Below are positions 11,009-20,920 of a stretch of DNA of 64,000 nt, in pieces (the stretch's first letter is position 1; each line of letters starts with the position of its first letter). The notes beneath the pieces were generated by a model. It was not told the DNA's origin. It worked only from the letters and a program-made list of their open reading frames with translations, and searched no databases. The translations under genes were made by a program, and so were the position numbers. Source of the DNA: Meyerozyma guilliermondii (Eukaryota). The stretch spans positions 496,001 through 560,000 of the forward strand of contig CP128816.1 of the NCBI GenBank assembly GCA_051546255.1, read 5' to 3'.

Positions 11009-11027
11009 AACCTCAATCTTCATCATA

Positions 11028-11582
11028 ATGGTTAGATACGGTGTCAACTCAGCTAATCCAGCCAAGTCTGCTTCCGCTCGCGGCTCCTACTTGAGGGTGT
11101 CGTTCAAGAACACCCGTGAGACCGCCCAGGCCATCAACGGATGGAACTTGGAAAAGGCCCAAAAGTACTTGGACCAAGTTCTCGACCACCAAAGAGCCAT
11201 TCCTTTCCGTCGTTTTAACTCTTCGATCGGTCGTACTGCTCAAGGTAAAGAATTCGGTGTCACCAAGGCCAGATGGCCCGTCAAGTCCGTCAACTTCATC
11301 AAGGACTTGTTGGTGAATGCTCAAGCCAATGCTGAGGCTAAAGGATTGGAAGTTTCCAAATTGAAGGTTTCTCACATCCAGGTGAACCAGGCTCCTAAGC
11401 AAAGAAGAAGAACTTACAGAGCCCACGGTAGAATCAATGCCTACCAGTCATCTCCTTGTCACATAGAATTGATCTTGACTGAAGAGCAAGACAATGTTGA
11501 GAAGGCTGAGGAGTCCAAGAAGCTCAGATTGAACTCGAGACAAAGAGGAAGATTGGCTACCCAAAAGCGTTTGACTGTTTAG
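11028..11582 (+). CDS. RPL17: 60S ribosomal protein L17 (uL22), intronless
   Basis: [42 protein letters not shown]; strong codon bias; ATG 11028. Confidence 0.97.
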   Translation: MVRYGVNSANPAKSASARGSYLRVSFKNTRETAQAINGWNLEKAQKYLDQVLDHQRAIPFRRFNSSIGRTAQGKEFGVTKARWPVKSVNFIKDLLVNAQANAEAKGLEVSKLKVSHIQVNQAPKQRRRTYRAHGRINAYQSSPCHIELILTEEQDNVEKAEESKKLRLNSRQRGRLATQKRLTV

Positions 11583-11910
11583 TAGGGGATAATACAAACT
11601 GAGAAAGATAATGTAGAGCCGCGAAGCGAGAGCGACGAGCGAATAGAATCGGATGTAGAGATGTAAAAAGCGAAAAGAGCCAATTCCAATACTATCTAAA
11701 AAAAAGAGAAATATCTCAACAGAAATCAATAATTTCACCTGAAAGCTTATATGACACCTCCCTAAACTTATCCATTCATACATTCTTACCACTTTTCATT
11801 TTCTCACTCTTCACTTCGTTCTCATTTCCACTCACCTTCTTCTCCTGCACACACGCCATTCCTCCTCCAATGATCGCGCTTCATTTCTTTCATCACCAAC
11901 ACATATCATC

Positions 11911-12198
11911 ATGGGAGGAGCTTCTGGACCAAAAACGTACATGGGATGGTGGGGATCCATGGGTGGACCCAAGCAAAAGTATATCTCTCAGTACACCGTC
12001 TCTCCATTTGCCACCAGACCTATGAAAGGAGCTGCTTATAATGCTGTTTTCAACACCTTCAGAAGAACTAAAAATCAGGCACTTTATGTCATTATTCCCG
12101 CTGTGATTGTGTGGAACGTGTGGGCTCGTGCCAGAGACTACAACGAGTACTTGTACACGAAGGAGGGTAGAGAGGATTTGGAGAAGGCCAATGCATAG
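11911..12198 (+). CDS. QCR8: Cytochrome bc1 complex subunit 8
   Basis: GPKTYMGWWGSMGGPKQK..Y.VSPFA; NEYLYTKEGREDL; CCAAT box at 11867-11871. Confidence 0.95.
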   Translation: MGGASGPKTYMGWWGSMGGPKQKYISQYTVSPFATRPMKGAAYNAVFNTFRRTKNQALYVIIPAVIVWNVWARARDYNEYLYTKEGREDLEKANA

Positions 12199-12410
12199 TG
12201 AATAAACGAGAGTGAAAAAGTGAAGAAAGTAGATATTGAAAGGAAGTAAAGAACGAGTAAGTGAGAAGAAAGTAGGGAATGTAGAGGAAAACATGAATAC
12301 GGAAAGAATTCAAGGAACACATTTTAATTATGATTACTCTAAATGGCTGTACGTAAATGGTATACAATAGGTTGTATGAAAAGTGTACGTATAGTCAGAT
12401 CCTCATCTAT

Positions 12411-13460
12411 CTATTTTTGTCTCTTGTACACCTTGTTCAAGAAAACAGTGAGTACGTCCTTCTTCAATCCTCTGGACTCGTCAATGGAAGCAATTTTTTG
12501 CGACAACATTTGGTACTGCTCCTCTTCATATTTCTCGTACACCTTGTCAATGGCCAAATCATGGTAGATTTTCTTCACTCTAGCCTCACATTCCGCATCC
12601 TGTTGGCCGTAACTTTCAGCCAAGATCTTTTTCTGTTCGGGAGAAGCAATCTTTAAAGCCTCGAGAATGAGCCATGAATTCTTGTTTTCCAAAATGTCCC
12701 TTCCAATCTTACCCAAAATTTCTGGAGGAGCATACACATCCAAGAAGTCGTCTTGGTTCTGGAAGTACAATCCAAGAGGAATCAAGACGTCATGGACCTG
12801 TTTCATGTCTTCGTCGGAGTCAATTCCAGCAACGTACATGGCCAAAGCAACAGGCAACAAAAATGAGTAATATGCCGTTTTGTAGATACAAACAAAGTCA
12901 TGTTTATCCATGGAGAACTGGTCGAGCTTCTGGTGCTCGGCTTCCACAATCAAATCGAGGAATTGACCAAGTTCGGTCTTGAATGTGATATCATGGAACA
13001 ACTCCAACAACTCAACGTAGTAAGGTTCTTTTTTGAAATATTTCTTCAATACCACGTAGATGGCTCCTTCCAACACGAACGAATCGTTGATGGCAATAAG
13101 ACCCACTCCATCCTTTTTATACCAGCATGGATGACCACGTCTCTTTTCGGCCTTGTCCATAATGTCATCGGCAACCAAGAAAAATGCTTGCAACATTTCA
13201 ACACACCAACCCAAGATAGTCACCTTCTTCAACTCGTCGCTTTCCAACTCATTGACCTTTTTTCCCTTCAAAATCGCATATGTATCAACAACTGACAATC
13301 CTCTGTTCAATTTTCCTCCAGGAACATTGTATGAAAAACTGTCACTAAACCACTTGATTGCCTCTTCTGGCATGCTGTACAGCTTGATAACATCCAAGAG
13401 GTCCTCGCGAAGAGGCTCAAACTCATTGAGAAATACTTTTCTGGTGGCGTCTTTGTCCAT
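12411..13460 (-). CDS. ERG20: Farnesyl diphosphate synthase (divergent)
   Basis: GGKLNRGLSV, FARM QAFFLVADDIMD..RRG, KTAYYSF, SARM QDDFLD, C-terminal KVYKRQK; adjacent to QCR8; ATG 13460. Confidence 0.9.
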   Translation of the reverse strand: MDKDATRKVFLNEFEPLREDLLDVIKLYSMPEEAIKWFSDSFSYNVPGGKLNRGLSVVDTYAILKGKKVNELESDELKKVTILGWCVEMLQAFFLVADDIMDKAEKRRGHPCWYKKDGVGLIAINDSFVLEGAIYVVLKKYFKKEPYYVELLELFHDITFKTELGQFLDLIVEAEHQKLDQFSMDKHDFVCIYKTAYYSFLLPVALAMYVAGIDSDEDMKQVHDVLIPLGLYFQNQDDFLDVYAPPEILGKIGRDILENKNSWLILEALKIASPEQKKILAESYGQQDAECEARVKKIYHDLAIDKVYEKYEEEQYQMLSQKIASIDESRGLKKDVLTVFLNKVYKRQK

Positions 13461-13582
13461 TGATACGAATGAGAAGTGATAAAGTTTCGTCGTTTCGCGC
13501 CGTTTCGCGCCGTATAAATCAGTCGCCGGTGCAGCGATGGAATGGCAGTCGTAAATAGGAAGTATATTAATGTACATGCAGA

Positions 13583-14647
13583 TTATTTTCTTCTGGACCG
13601 CTTGCTCTTGCCCGGTCTGAACGTCTTACCCTTCTTGTTGGAGAACCCAGAAACATCTGCCGAAGAAGTGGCATCGTTTTTTCTCATCCCACGTTTCTTT
13701 CCGCCTTGGCCAAATTTGGCATCTTTGGCCAATCTTTTGCCATTGGGCTTAGCCCGCTTGTTCTCCCGCTGGTGCTCGTTGGTAGCCTCTTCGAGCGCAA
13801 CCTGGAACTCATCGTCGTTGGTCAAACCACTTCCTCGCTTTCTCTTCAAAGACTTGATTTTGTCAAGAGTCTCCCGTTTTTGCTTGGCTCTCTCTTGTAA
13901 CGTAGCAACTTGCACCTGCTTACCGAACTTCTTCAACAGTCTTTGTCTCTTGGCCTCTTCGGAAGCCTTCTTGTTGGCAGCCTCTTCCAATAACTTGGCC
14001 TTGAGTTTATCCATATGCTCATCGGTCTTTACCATTTCGGCAAAGTAGTCCATTGGACGAGAAAACGGTACTTTGAGTTTCAAGAGAGTTGCCTTGGCCT
14101 GCTTGGCGGCGTCCAAGCTCTGCTTGTAAAATGCAAGTTCACGTTCGGTGTCGTCATATATGTCTTTGATGGAAAGTTCAGTCTTCTCGGCACTGACAAT
14201 CGATTGGTGTTCCTGGAACGAATGCTTGCTCCAGGGAAGCTCGATTCTCGCAAGAGCATCCCTCAATGCTGCTTTGTTGTTGATGGTTGTTTTTGTGTGA
14301 GGAACAACGTCGGCGTCGGAATCCACATCGACATCGGAAAGGGGAATGTCTTCCTCTTCTTCCTCTTCTTCCGCTTCTTCTTCATCTTCCTTTCCACTCT
14401 CCTCTTCCTCATCATTTTCGCTGTCCTCCCCTTCACTGTCGTCACTGTCTAGGTCGCTCTCGCTTTCAGATGCCGCCAACTTCTCTAAATCCACTTCGGA
14501 TTCGACGTCTTCGTCATCAGACTCATCCTCTTGCTCGGCCCTTGTGATCTGCTCCTGGAGCTTCTTCAACTTGCGCTGGTCCTTCTTGGACAACGACTGG
14601 CTCTGGTAGTCGTCGGCGTCTACTTTTCCTCTGCTTCCTTTCGCCAT
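13583..14647 (-). CDS. EBP2: rRNA-processing protein Ebp2
   Basis: DIYDDTERELAFYKQSL, RPMDYFAEMVKTDEHMDK, KFGKQVQ, RPGKSKR; ATG 14647. Confidence 0.95.
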   Translation of the reverse strand: MAKGSRGKVDADDYQSQSLSKKDQRKLKKLQEQITRAEQEDESDDEDVESEVDLEKLAASESESDLDSDDSEGEDSENDEEEESGKEDEEEAEEEEEEEDIPLSDVDVDSDADVVPHTKTTINNKAALRDALARIELPWSKHSFQEHQSIVSAEKTELSIKDIYDDTERELAFYKQSLDAAKQAKATLLKLKVPFSRPMDYFAEMVKTDEHMDKLKAKLLEEAANKKASEEAKRQRLLKKFGKQVQVATLQERAKQKRETLDKIKSLKRKRGSGLTNDDEFQVALEEATNEHQRENKRAKPNGKRLAKDAKFGQGGKKRGMRKNDATSSADVSGFSNKKGKTFRPGKSKRSRRK

Positions 14648-14675
14648 TCTGTCGCAGTTCCAAAAAAAAATCGGT

Positions 14676-14686
14676 GATGAGATGAG
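14676..14686. promoter_or_regulatory. PAC-like element GATGAGATGAG upstream of EBP2, next to a poly(A) tract
   Basis: Motif 30 bp upstream of a ribosome-biogenesis gene. Confidence 0.55.
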
Positions 14687-14721
14687 GGTCTGGTGCAATG
14701 GATGCCCCAAAAGTCAAGAGC

Positions 14722-15981
14722 TCAATTTGCAGCCGTATAGTCGATTTCGTTCAAAAACCTTTTTCCCGACCCGTACCGCCACCATCTACTGAGACAACTA
14801 TAGTAATCGACATCAATAGACATACGGCTCATTTTGTCCTCAAGATCTCTTGCCTGGCAGATACACCGTTTCGAAGCCCGAACGTCGAGAGATGCAGGAC
14901 AAGCCATATACGGAGGATGGTAGTAGCCGATATCGTCAAAGTGGTGAATTTCGTTTTTGTCGAGAAGCAACGAGAGGCCAATTGTGTGAACTGGAGCGTC
15001 TCCCCATCTTTCGTAATAAAACCCACCGGCTTGATCCAAATGGTTAAAGTAGGCTTCGTAGGCTTCACCTCGAAAGAAGTCCAAGTTTCCGATTTCAAAG
15101 TTGGACCAAAAATGGCATAGGTTGTATTTGTTTTGTCCCACGAGCGGAATGCCGAGATTTAGCGACGTTTCGTGCGAAGTTATGAAGTTTAGGGCGTTAT
15201 TGGGATGGAGATACTGTGGATACTTTTCCATAAATTCTTCAACTGTTTCCCACAAAGTTGGTATAGTGTCTTCATATTCCTGGATGGCTATGACAAAGCC
15301 GTATTTCTTGCCGTTCTTGCGCAAAAGTGTGAATGGGTCATACTGGAAATCACACATATACTCGACATCGGGCTCGACCCGAAAGTACCATTCAAATTCA
15401 AGCAATTTTTTTTGTTTGTAAAAATGGCCCGAGTTGAAATGACACATGTTTCTGTACGACCGCAAGCCACCATATATTACGCCATTGGCCTCTGCCGTTC
15501 TCAAATTATGCTGCAATTTATTTTCGTCAATAAATGCTGGTGGTTCCCAGTCCTCATCGGGGATCAATTCATAGTATGTTTTCCCACTTGCCATCAACGA
15601 CGTGTGTTCTATAAAGTCGTCGTCGAACGGAACTTCGTTCATGAACACCCACGGGTACCTATAGTGGCGGTTGAACCTATCTTCCAACAGACGCATGGAT
15701 TTGAGTGCACCTTCAAGATCCAGATTTCTTGCTAGCATCACCAAAGTTGCATTCTCTTTTCCAATCTGGTTTCTGTTGATCCTGGGAAACCTCACCTCAA
15801 GGTAGCTGTTTGAGGCTAGTTTGGGACTTCCGTCCAATGCTGCATCGTGGGCTTTTGCCAAAAGTTCTGGAGACTTTTTTGTGGAGCCAAATCGGCTTTT
15901 ATATGATAAAGTTTCTGGGTAAAGGAGATACAATGCGACTGCTATTGCTGCTATGTAGAAGGTGGATCTCCAACCTGGCAT
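14722..15981 (-). CDS. KTR2: GT15 (KRE2/MNT1 family) alpha-1,2-mannosyltransferase, KTR2/YUR1-like
   Basis: N-terminal TM anchor; ENATLVMLARN, YPWVFMNE, YRNMCHFNSG, WYFRVEPDVEY, YNLCHFWSNFEI, GGFYYERWGDAPVH; ATG 15981. Confidence 0.8.
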   Translation of the reverse strand: MPGWRSTFYIAAIAVALYLLYPETLSYKSRFGSTKKSPELLAKAHDAALDGSPKLASNSYLEVRFPRINRNQIGKENATLVMLARNLDLEGALKSMRLLEDRFNRHYRYPWVFMNEVPFDDDFIEHTSLMASGKTYYELIPDEDWEPPAFIDENKLQHNLRTAEANGVIYGGLRSYRNMCHFNSGHFYKQKKLLEFEWYFRVEPDVEYMCDFQYDPFTLLRKNGKKYGFVIAIQEYEDTIPTLWETVEEFMEKYPQYLHPNNALNFITSHETSLNLGIPLVGQNKYNLCHFWSNFEIGNLDFFRGEAYEAYFNHLDQAGGFYYERWGDAPVHTIGLSLLLDKNEIHHFDDIGYYHPPYMACPASLDVRASKRCICQARDLEDKMSRMSIDVDYYSCLSRWWRYGSGKRFLNEIDYTAAN

Positions 15982-16580
15982 TGCAATGAGATATTGAGGC
16001 TGAGTTTGAAATGATTTGCTAATTTTGCAATAATGCGAATATTTGAAAAATCGTGAGAATGGGTGCAAATGAGAGAGTGAGAGAAGTAGACAAAAGAAAG
16101 AAAAGGATTATAGAGGATATTCATGGTATAATTGACTTATTTATCGACGACTACTACAATTATCCAAAATTTTCATTCTTGCTTTGTAACACTTGAGCCA
16201 ACATTGTGATATGACTAAAAGAATAACTACTACCATATTTTTGGTTTTCTTATGACAAGAGACCAGTTCAAGTGAAAGCTATAAAAGAATAGTCGAATAT
16301 AACTGACTCTCATAAAAATTTCACGAAAATCTACAATCTTGCAAATTCTAGTAATTTGCAAATTCTCACATTTTGAAAACTAAACACTGTTTAGCCAACA
16401 CTGAAAAATGACTAATGGACGAAGTACCACCGTCATCATCTAGTCTAATAAACCACTAACTTCATCTATTCTACCCTAGACCCATTTTCTCATTGCTCAC
16501 TATGGCTGAAGGTATCCCACATAACTACCCACCCAAAACCCAAAATAAGCCCCAAATGAACCAGTGTCTTCCAAACCCCC

Positions 16581-16690
16581 CCAATAACCCAACTTACAGC
16601 CATTGACCCCCTCCCTCCACGCAAGCGTTCGTTCTCGTATCTCCTTGTCCCATTGGCAACGGTCCTCTATACAGTACGTCCAGCCAATCA
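16581..16690. promoter_or_regulatory. CCAAT boxes (HAP complex) upstream of the complex I 51 kDa gene
   Basis: CCAAT 16581-16585, ATTGG 16652-16656, CCAATCA 16684-16690. Confidence 0.5.
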
Positions 16691-16769
16691 GATGGCCGTA
16701 AATCGCATTACCAAAGAAAATCAAAAGTTGGTTTCAATCTCAACCTACTTTGTCGCTCACAACACTACT

Positions 16770-18245
16770 ATGCTTCGTTTGAGCACTTTGAGGAGCCGTG
16801 CTCCGTTGCTGGGCACTGTACGTGCGTTGGCTACCTCAGCTGATGCAGCAGCTACCCCAAACAGAGTCCATGGTGGATTGAAAGATCAAGACAGAATCTT
16901 CCAAAATGTTTACGGAACCTATGGTCACGACTTGAAGTCTGCGCAAAAGATGGGAGACTGGTACAAAACCAAGGAGATCTTGCAAAAAGGAGACAAGTGG
17001 ATCATTGATGAGGTGAAGAAGAGTGGTTTGAGAGGAAGAGGTGGTGCTGGATTTCCGTCCGGTCTCAAGTGGTCATTCATGAATCCTCCTGGATGGGAAA
17101 AAAATGTGGGACCTCGTTATTTGGTGGTGAATGCTGATGAGGGAGAGCCTGGAACCTGTAAGGACCGTGAAATCATTCGTAAAGATCCCCACAAGTTGGT
17201 GGAGGGATGCTTGGTTACCGGTAGAGCCATGAATGCAACTGCTGCCTACATTTATATCCGTGGAGAATTCTACAACGAGGCCAACATTTTGCAAGGAGCA
17301 ATCAACGAGGCATACAAGGCGGGACTCTTGGGCAAAAACGCCTGTGGCTCAGGTTACGACTTTGACGTCTACATCCATAGAGGTATGGGAGCCTACGTTT
17401 GTGGTGAAGAAACCGCGTTGATCGAGTCTCTCGAGGGTAAAGCCGGCAAGCCCAGATTGAAGCCTCCATTCCCTGCTGCCGTGGGTTTGTTTGGTAGACC
17501 TTCGACCGTGACCAATGTCGAGACGGTGGCCGTTGCACCCACCATTTGTAGAAGAGGAGGTGAGTGGTTTGCGTCGTTTGGTCGTGAAAGAAACTCGGGA
17601 ACCAAGTTGTTCTGTATTTCTGGCCACGTCAATGAGCCATGTACCGTCGAAGAAGAGATGTCCATACCTTTGAAAGAGTTGTTGGAGAAACACTGTGGAG
17701 GTGTTAAAGGTGGCTGGGATAACTTGTTGGGAGTTATTCCTGGTGGCTCGTCGGTGCCTGTTATGCCAAAGCATGTGTGTGACAACGTGCTCATGGATTA
17801 CGACGCTTTGAAGGACGTTGGTTCCGGGTTGGGTACCGCCGCCGTCATTGTTATGAACAAGCAAACAGACATGATCAGAGCCATCCAAAGATTTGCACAC
17901 TTCTACAAGCACGAGTCGTGTGGCCAGTGTACGCCTTGTCGTGAAGGAACCACTTGGTTGCAAAGAATGATGGACAGATTTGTCAAGGGCCAAGCAACAG
18001 AAAAGGAAATCGACATGATTTTCGAGTTGACAAAGGAGATCGAGGGCCACACCATTTGTGCCTTGGGAGACGCTGCCGCGTGGCCCGTTCAAGGTTTAAT
18101 CAAATCTTTCAGACCTTTGATGGTGGAGAGAATGCAACAGTACCACGACAAAGACAATAGTACTGTTCTGTATGGTGGATGGGTAGAAGGCGGCCATGTC
18201 CAAGAAGGAGTGGTTGCGGAAAACCCCGTCCCTGGACACCATTAA
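16770..18245 (+). CDS. NDH51: NADH:ubiquinone oxidoreductase 51 kDa flavoprotein subunit (NDUFV1/NuoF)
   Basis: Arg/Leu/Ser-rich presequence; [57 protein letters not shown]. Confidence 0.95.
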   Translation: MLRLSTLRSRAPLLGTVRALATSADAAATPNRVHGGLKDQDRIFQNVYGTYGHDLKSAQKMGDWYKTKEILQKGDKWIIDEVKKSGLRGRGGAGFPSGLKWSFMNPPGWEKNVGPRYLVVNADEGEPGTCKDREIIRKDPHKLVEGCLVTGRAMNATAAYIYIRGEFYNEANILQGAINEAYKAGLLGKNACGSGYDFDVYIHRGMGAYVCGEETALIESLEGKAGKPRLKPPFPAAVGLFGRPSTVTNVETVAVAPTICRRGGEWFASFGRERNSGTKLFCISGHVNEPCTVEEEMSIPLKELLEKHCGGVKGGWDNLLGVIPGGSSVPVMPKHVCDNVLMDYDALKDVGSGLGTAAVIVMNKQTDMIRAIQRFAHFYKHESCGQCTPCREGTTWLQRMMDRFVKGQATEKEIDMIFELTKEIEGHTICALGDAAAWPVQGLIKSFRPLMVERMQQYHDKDNSTVLYGGWVEGGHVQEGVVAENPVPGHH

Positions 18246-18403
18246 ATAGCATAGATCACTTACGAAATAACAAAATTGTTCGGTTTGTCTCTTCCCCACG
18301 TCTTATCTGCAGCGATTCTTAGTACGCGATTTCGGAGTTGAAAATTTATTCTTCGCCGACTCACCGAACCTTGTATCATTAATAACCGGAACCCTTCTAC
18401 ACC

Positions 18404-19369
18404 ATGAGGGCCCCCCGGATATTGCTCACATCACTTCTAGCGGTGTCTGTACTCGCTGGTTTGATCCACAATGAACAGGACTCTTCGATAGAGGAAATTG
18501 GTGCCGCCGACGCTTCGGTGGAGTCGCCCAAAAAGTCCCATCATCTCAATATTCACCACGTGGAAACAGACGACAACGTTCCTTCGCAGTTACAAATGAA
18601 CCAGTTGAACCAAAACCAGGATGTGGACGAAAAACCATCATATAATGCATTTCTCATGTCGATCTCGATGATTGTGGTTTCAGAAATCGGTGATAAAACC
18701 TTTTTGATTGCGGCGTTGATGGCCATGAAACACAACCGGATCCTCGTGTTTGCCGCTGCATTCTCCTCGTTGGCAGTAATGACGGTTTTGTCCGGAATTG
18801 TGGGCCATGCGTTGCCGACGTTGATCTCGCAACGTCTTACCCAATTTTTGGCGTCGATTCTTTTCGTGGTTTTCGGCGCCAAGTTGCTCAGAGAGGGCTT
18901 GGCAATGTCCAAGGACGTGGGAGTGGACGAGGAGTTGGCCGAGGTGGAGGAGGAAATACAATCCAGTGACCTCAACAACCGGTTGGACTCTGCGGAATCG
19001 GGCGCTCCTTTCGATCCCAGACCCAACACAAAAAAATGGTACCAAGAGTACGCCAGCCAAATGAAGGATTTGGCGTCGTTTGTGTTGTCTCCCATCTTTA
19101 TCCAGGTGTTCGTAATGACATTTTTGGGCGAATGGGGAGACAGATCCCAGATAGCCACCATTGCCATGGCAGCTGGATCCGAGTACTGGTACGTCATTAT
19201 GGGTGCCATAGTGGGCCACGGGCTTTGCACCGCTGCTGCCTGTGTTGGTGGAAAGTTGTTGGCCAAGCGCATATCCATGAGAACCATTACCCTTGGTGGT
19301 GCCATTGCATTTTTCGTGTTTGCGATTCTCTACTTTTACGACGCCTACTACAACACCGGCGCAGCCTAA
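18404..19369 (+). CDS. GDT1: Golgi Ca2+/Mn2+ transporter Gdt1 (UPF0016/TMEM165)
   Basis: Signal peptide; twin motifs SEIGDKT and GEWGDRSQ. Confidence 0.95.
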   Translation: MRAPRILLTSLLAVSVLAGLIHNEQDSSIEEIGAADASVESPKKSHHLNIHHVETDDNVPSQLQMNQLNQNQDVDEKPSYNAFLMSISMIVVSEIGDKTFLIAALMAMKHNRILVFAAAFSSLAVMTVLSGIVGHALPTLISQRLTQFLASILFVVFGAKLLREGLAMSKDVGVDEELAEVEEEIQSSDLNNRLDSAESGAPFDPRPNTKKWYQEYASQMKDLASFVLSPIFIQVFVMTFLGEWGDRSQIATIAMAAGSEYWYVIMGAIVGHGLCTAAACVGGKLLAKRISMRTITLGGAIAFFVFAILYFYDAYYNTGAA

Positions 19370-19407
19370 TACACTTCTAGAAATACTTGTATTAGCTATG
19401 ATACACT

Positions 19408-20049
19408 TTAGCTATCGTCCAAAACCCCTTGGTACATGAATTTCAATACCTTATTAGGATGGAGCGGTTGCTTTCCACCAGTAGTTCTCATTTTTTCCTC
19501 TTCTTGCTCAAGCTCAAGATCCCGCTTGCGCTGTGCTTCCTTCTTGCCCTCTTCTGTCTCCAAGAACTCCAACTCTTGCTGCGAATGGAACCCATAAAAC
19601 TGAAATTCGTCTCGGAGATCTTGGACTGTTTCCGCACACCATTTGACAAATGCTTCGTCTTTTTCAAGGTCGGATTCCTGCAATGCTCCCCGTCCTATGG
19701 CATCTTTCATCCAGCCCTCAACCTCGGGAAGCGGTTTCTTTCGTAATAAAGTGGTCACCAATGCTTCTTGTTCGGTGGTGGGAAAGTTGGGCAATGGATA
19801 CGCATTGGTCCGTTTGAGTATATCGTCGTCGTTGGTCAATATCGATGCAATTGATTGTAGTTGTGTGATGAGCACATGGAATTGGTTCTGGAACTGAGCA
19901 TAGTTGGGAAGTTTCGCCTTGTTGGGGTTTCGAATATTGTGGTTCACTTGATCTGCTAATTTTCGGAGCGAGAGATGCACTTGGTTGAGCCGGTTTCTAA
20001 GCGACTCTAGGGACTCCACCGGCACTTTGGAGTAGTCGAATTCGCTCAT
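19408..20049 (-). CDS. MED8: Mediator subunit Med8
   Basis: DYSKVPVESLESLRNRLNQ, NAYPLPNFPTTEQEALVTTLLRKKPLPEV, VLKFMYQG. Confidence 0.93.
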   Translation of the reverse strand: MSEFDYSKVPVESLESLRNRLNQVHLSLRKLADQVNHNIRNPNKAKLPNYAQFQNQFHVLITQLQSIASILTNDDDILKRTNAYPLPNFPTTEQEALVTTLLRKKPLPEVEGWMKDAIGRGALQESDLEKDEAFVKWCAETVQDLRDEFQFYGFHSQQELEFLETEEGKKEAQRKRDLELEQEEEKMRTTGGKQPLHPNKVLKFMYQGVLDDS

Positions 20050-20191
20050 ACTGAGAAAACTATCTGGTGGATATTCGAATTCAGTATTCTTCTTCGTTAA
20101 TGAGTGTTCTTTTTAGTGTGAGATTTGAGATTAAGAATTGAGATTGAGATTGAGAAATACTTCTCAAAATTGACTCTCATCTCAATGCTCC

Positions 20192-20848
20192 ATGATCCGA
20201 AAAAACTATAATTTAGCCGAAGATCTCCGGAAACAGGAAAAACGCAAGCAGGGTGCCATCCAGAAGCGCCAGAAACACCAGCTACAGCTTGAGAGAGCTC
20301 AAAACACAGATCCTTTCAGACTTTATAGCCGAATACAACGACTAAAAGATGACAAAAACAGCGACAAGAAGCTAATTGCTCGTCTAGAAGACGACTGGGA
20401 CTTCATCAGGAAGAACGGGATACACAAGGATAAGTTGGAGCCGTTTTTGGCTCGAATAAATGAAAAAAATGAACGTCTCGAACAACAAAAATCCAAATTG
20501 TGGGGTATGAAGTCTGTGTATTTCAACCCTGAATTGAACCCGTTGGGAAAGGTTCCTCAGATATCTCAAAACGAGGCATTGCCTAATTCCACTATTCCTT
20601 TAGATTCGAAATTTAACCATCCTAAAGACCCACGAATACTCTCCATGGCCATACCTCTACCTCCAGGCGAGCCTCCAAAATACTACAAATTAGTGCAAAA
20701 TTTTGGAGACAATCACAAAAGTGTCATTGAGTCTTCAAGTACAACTTCCGAAATGTTTGTTCCAACCCAAACTTTAAAGCGAAGTCGAACTTCGAACGAG
20801 ATGGCACCAGAGGAAGAGGAGTACAAACGACAAAAAGACTCTTTTTGA
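20192..20848 (+). CDS. AIM4: WBP11/NpwBP-like protein, probable Aim4 orthologue
   Basis: N-terminal coiled region (NLAEDLRKQEKRK..NTDPFRL) and motif KSVYFNPELNPLGKVP; divergent from MED8 and next to RIM2, as AIM4 is in S. cerevisiae. Confidence 0.6.
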   Translation: MIRKNYNLAEDLRKQEKRKQGAIQKRQKHQLQLERAQNTDPFRLYSRIQRLKDDKNSDKKLIARLEDDWDFIRKNGIHKDKLEPFLARINEKNERLEQQKSKLWGMKSVYFNPELNPLGKVPQISQNEALPNSTIPLDSKFNHPKDPRILSMAIPLPPGEPPKYYKLVQNFGDNHKSVIESSSTTSEMFVPTQTLKRSRTSNEMAPEEEEYKRQKDSF

Positions 20849-20920
20849 AAACTACAAAACTCCAAACTAACCCGTTTCATCTACCCATATGCATCTATTT
20901 ACAAGCTATGTACAACATCT

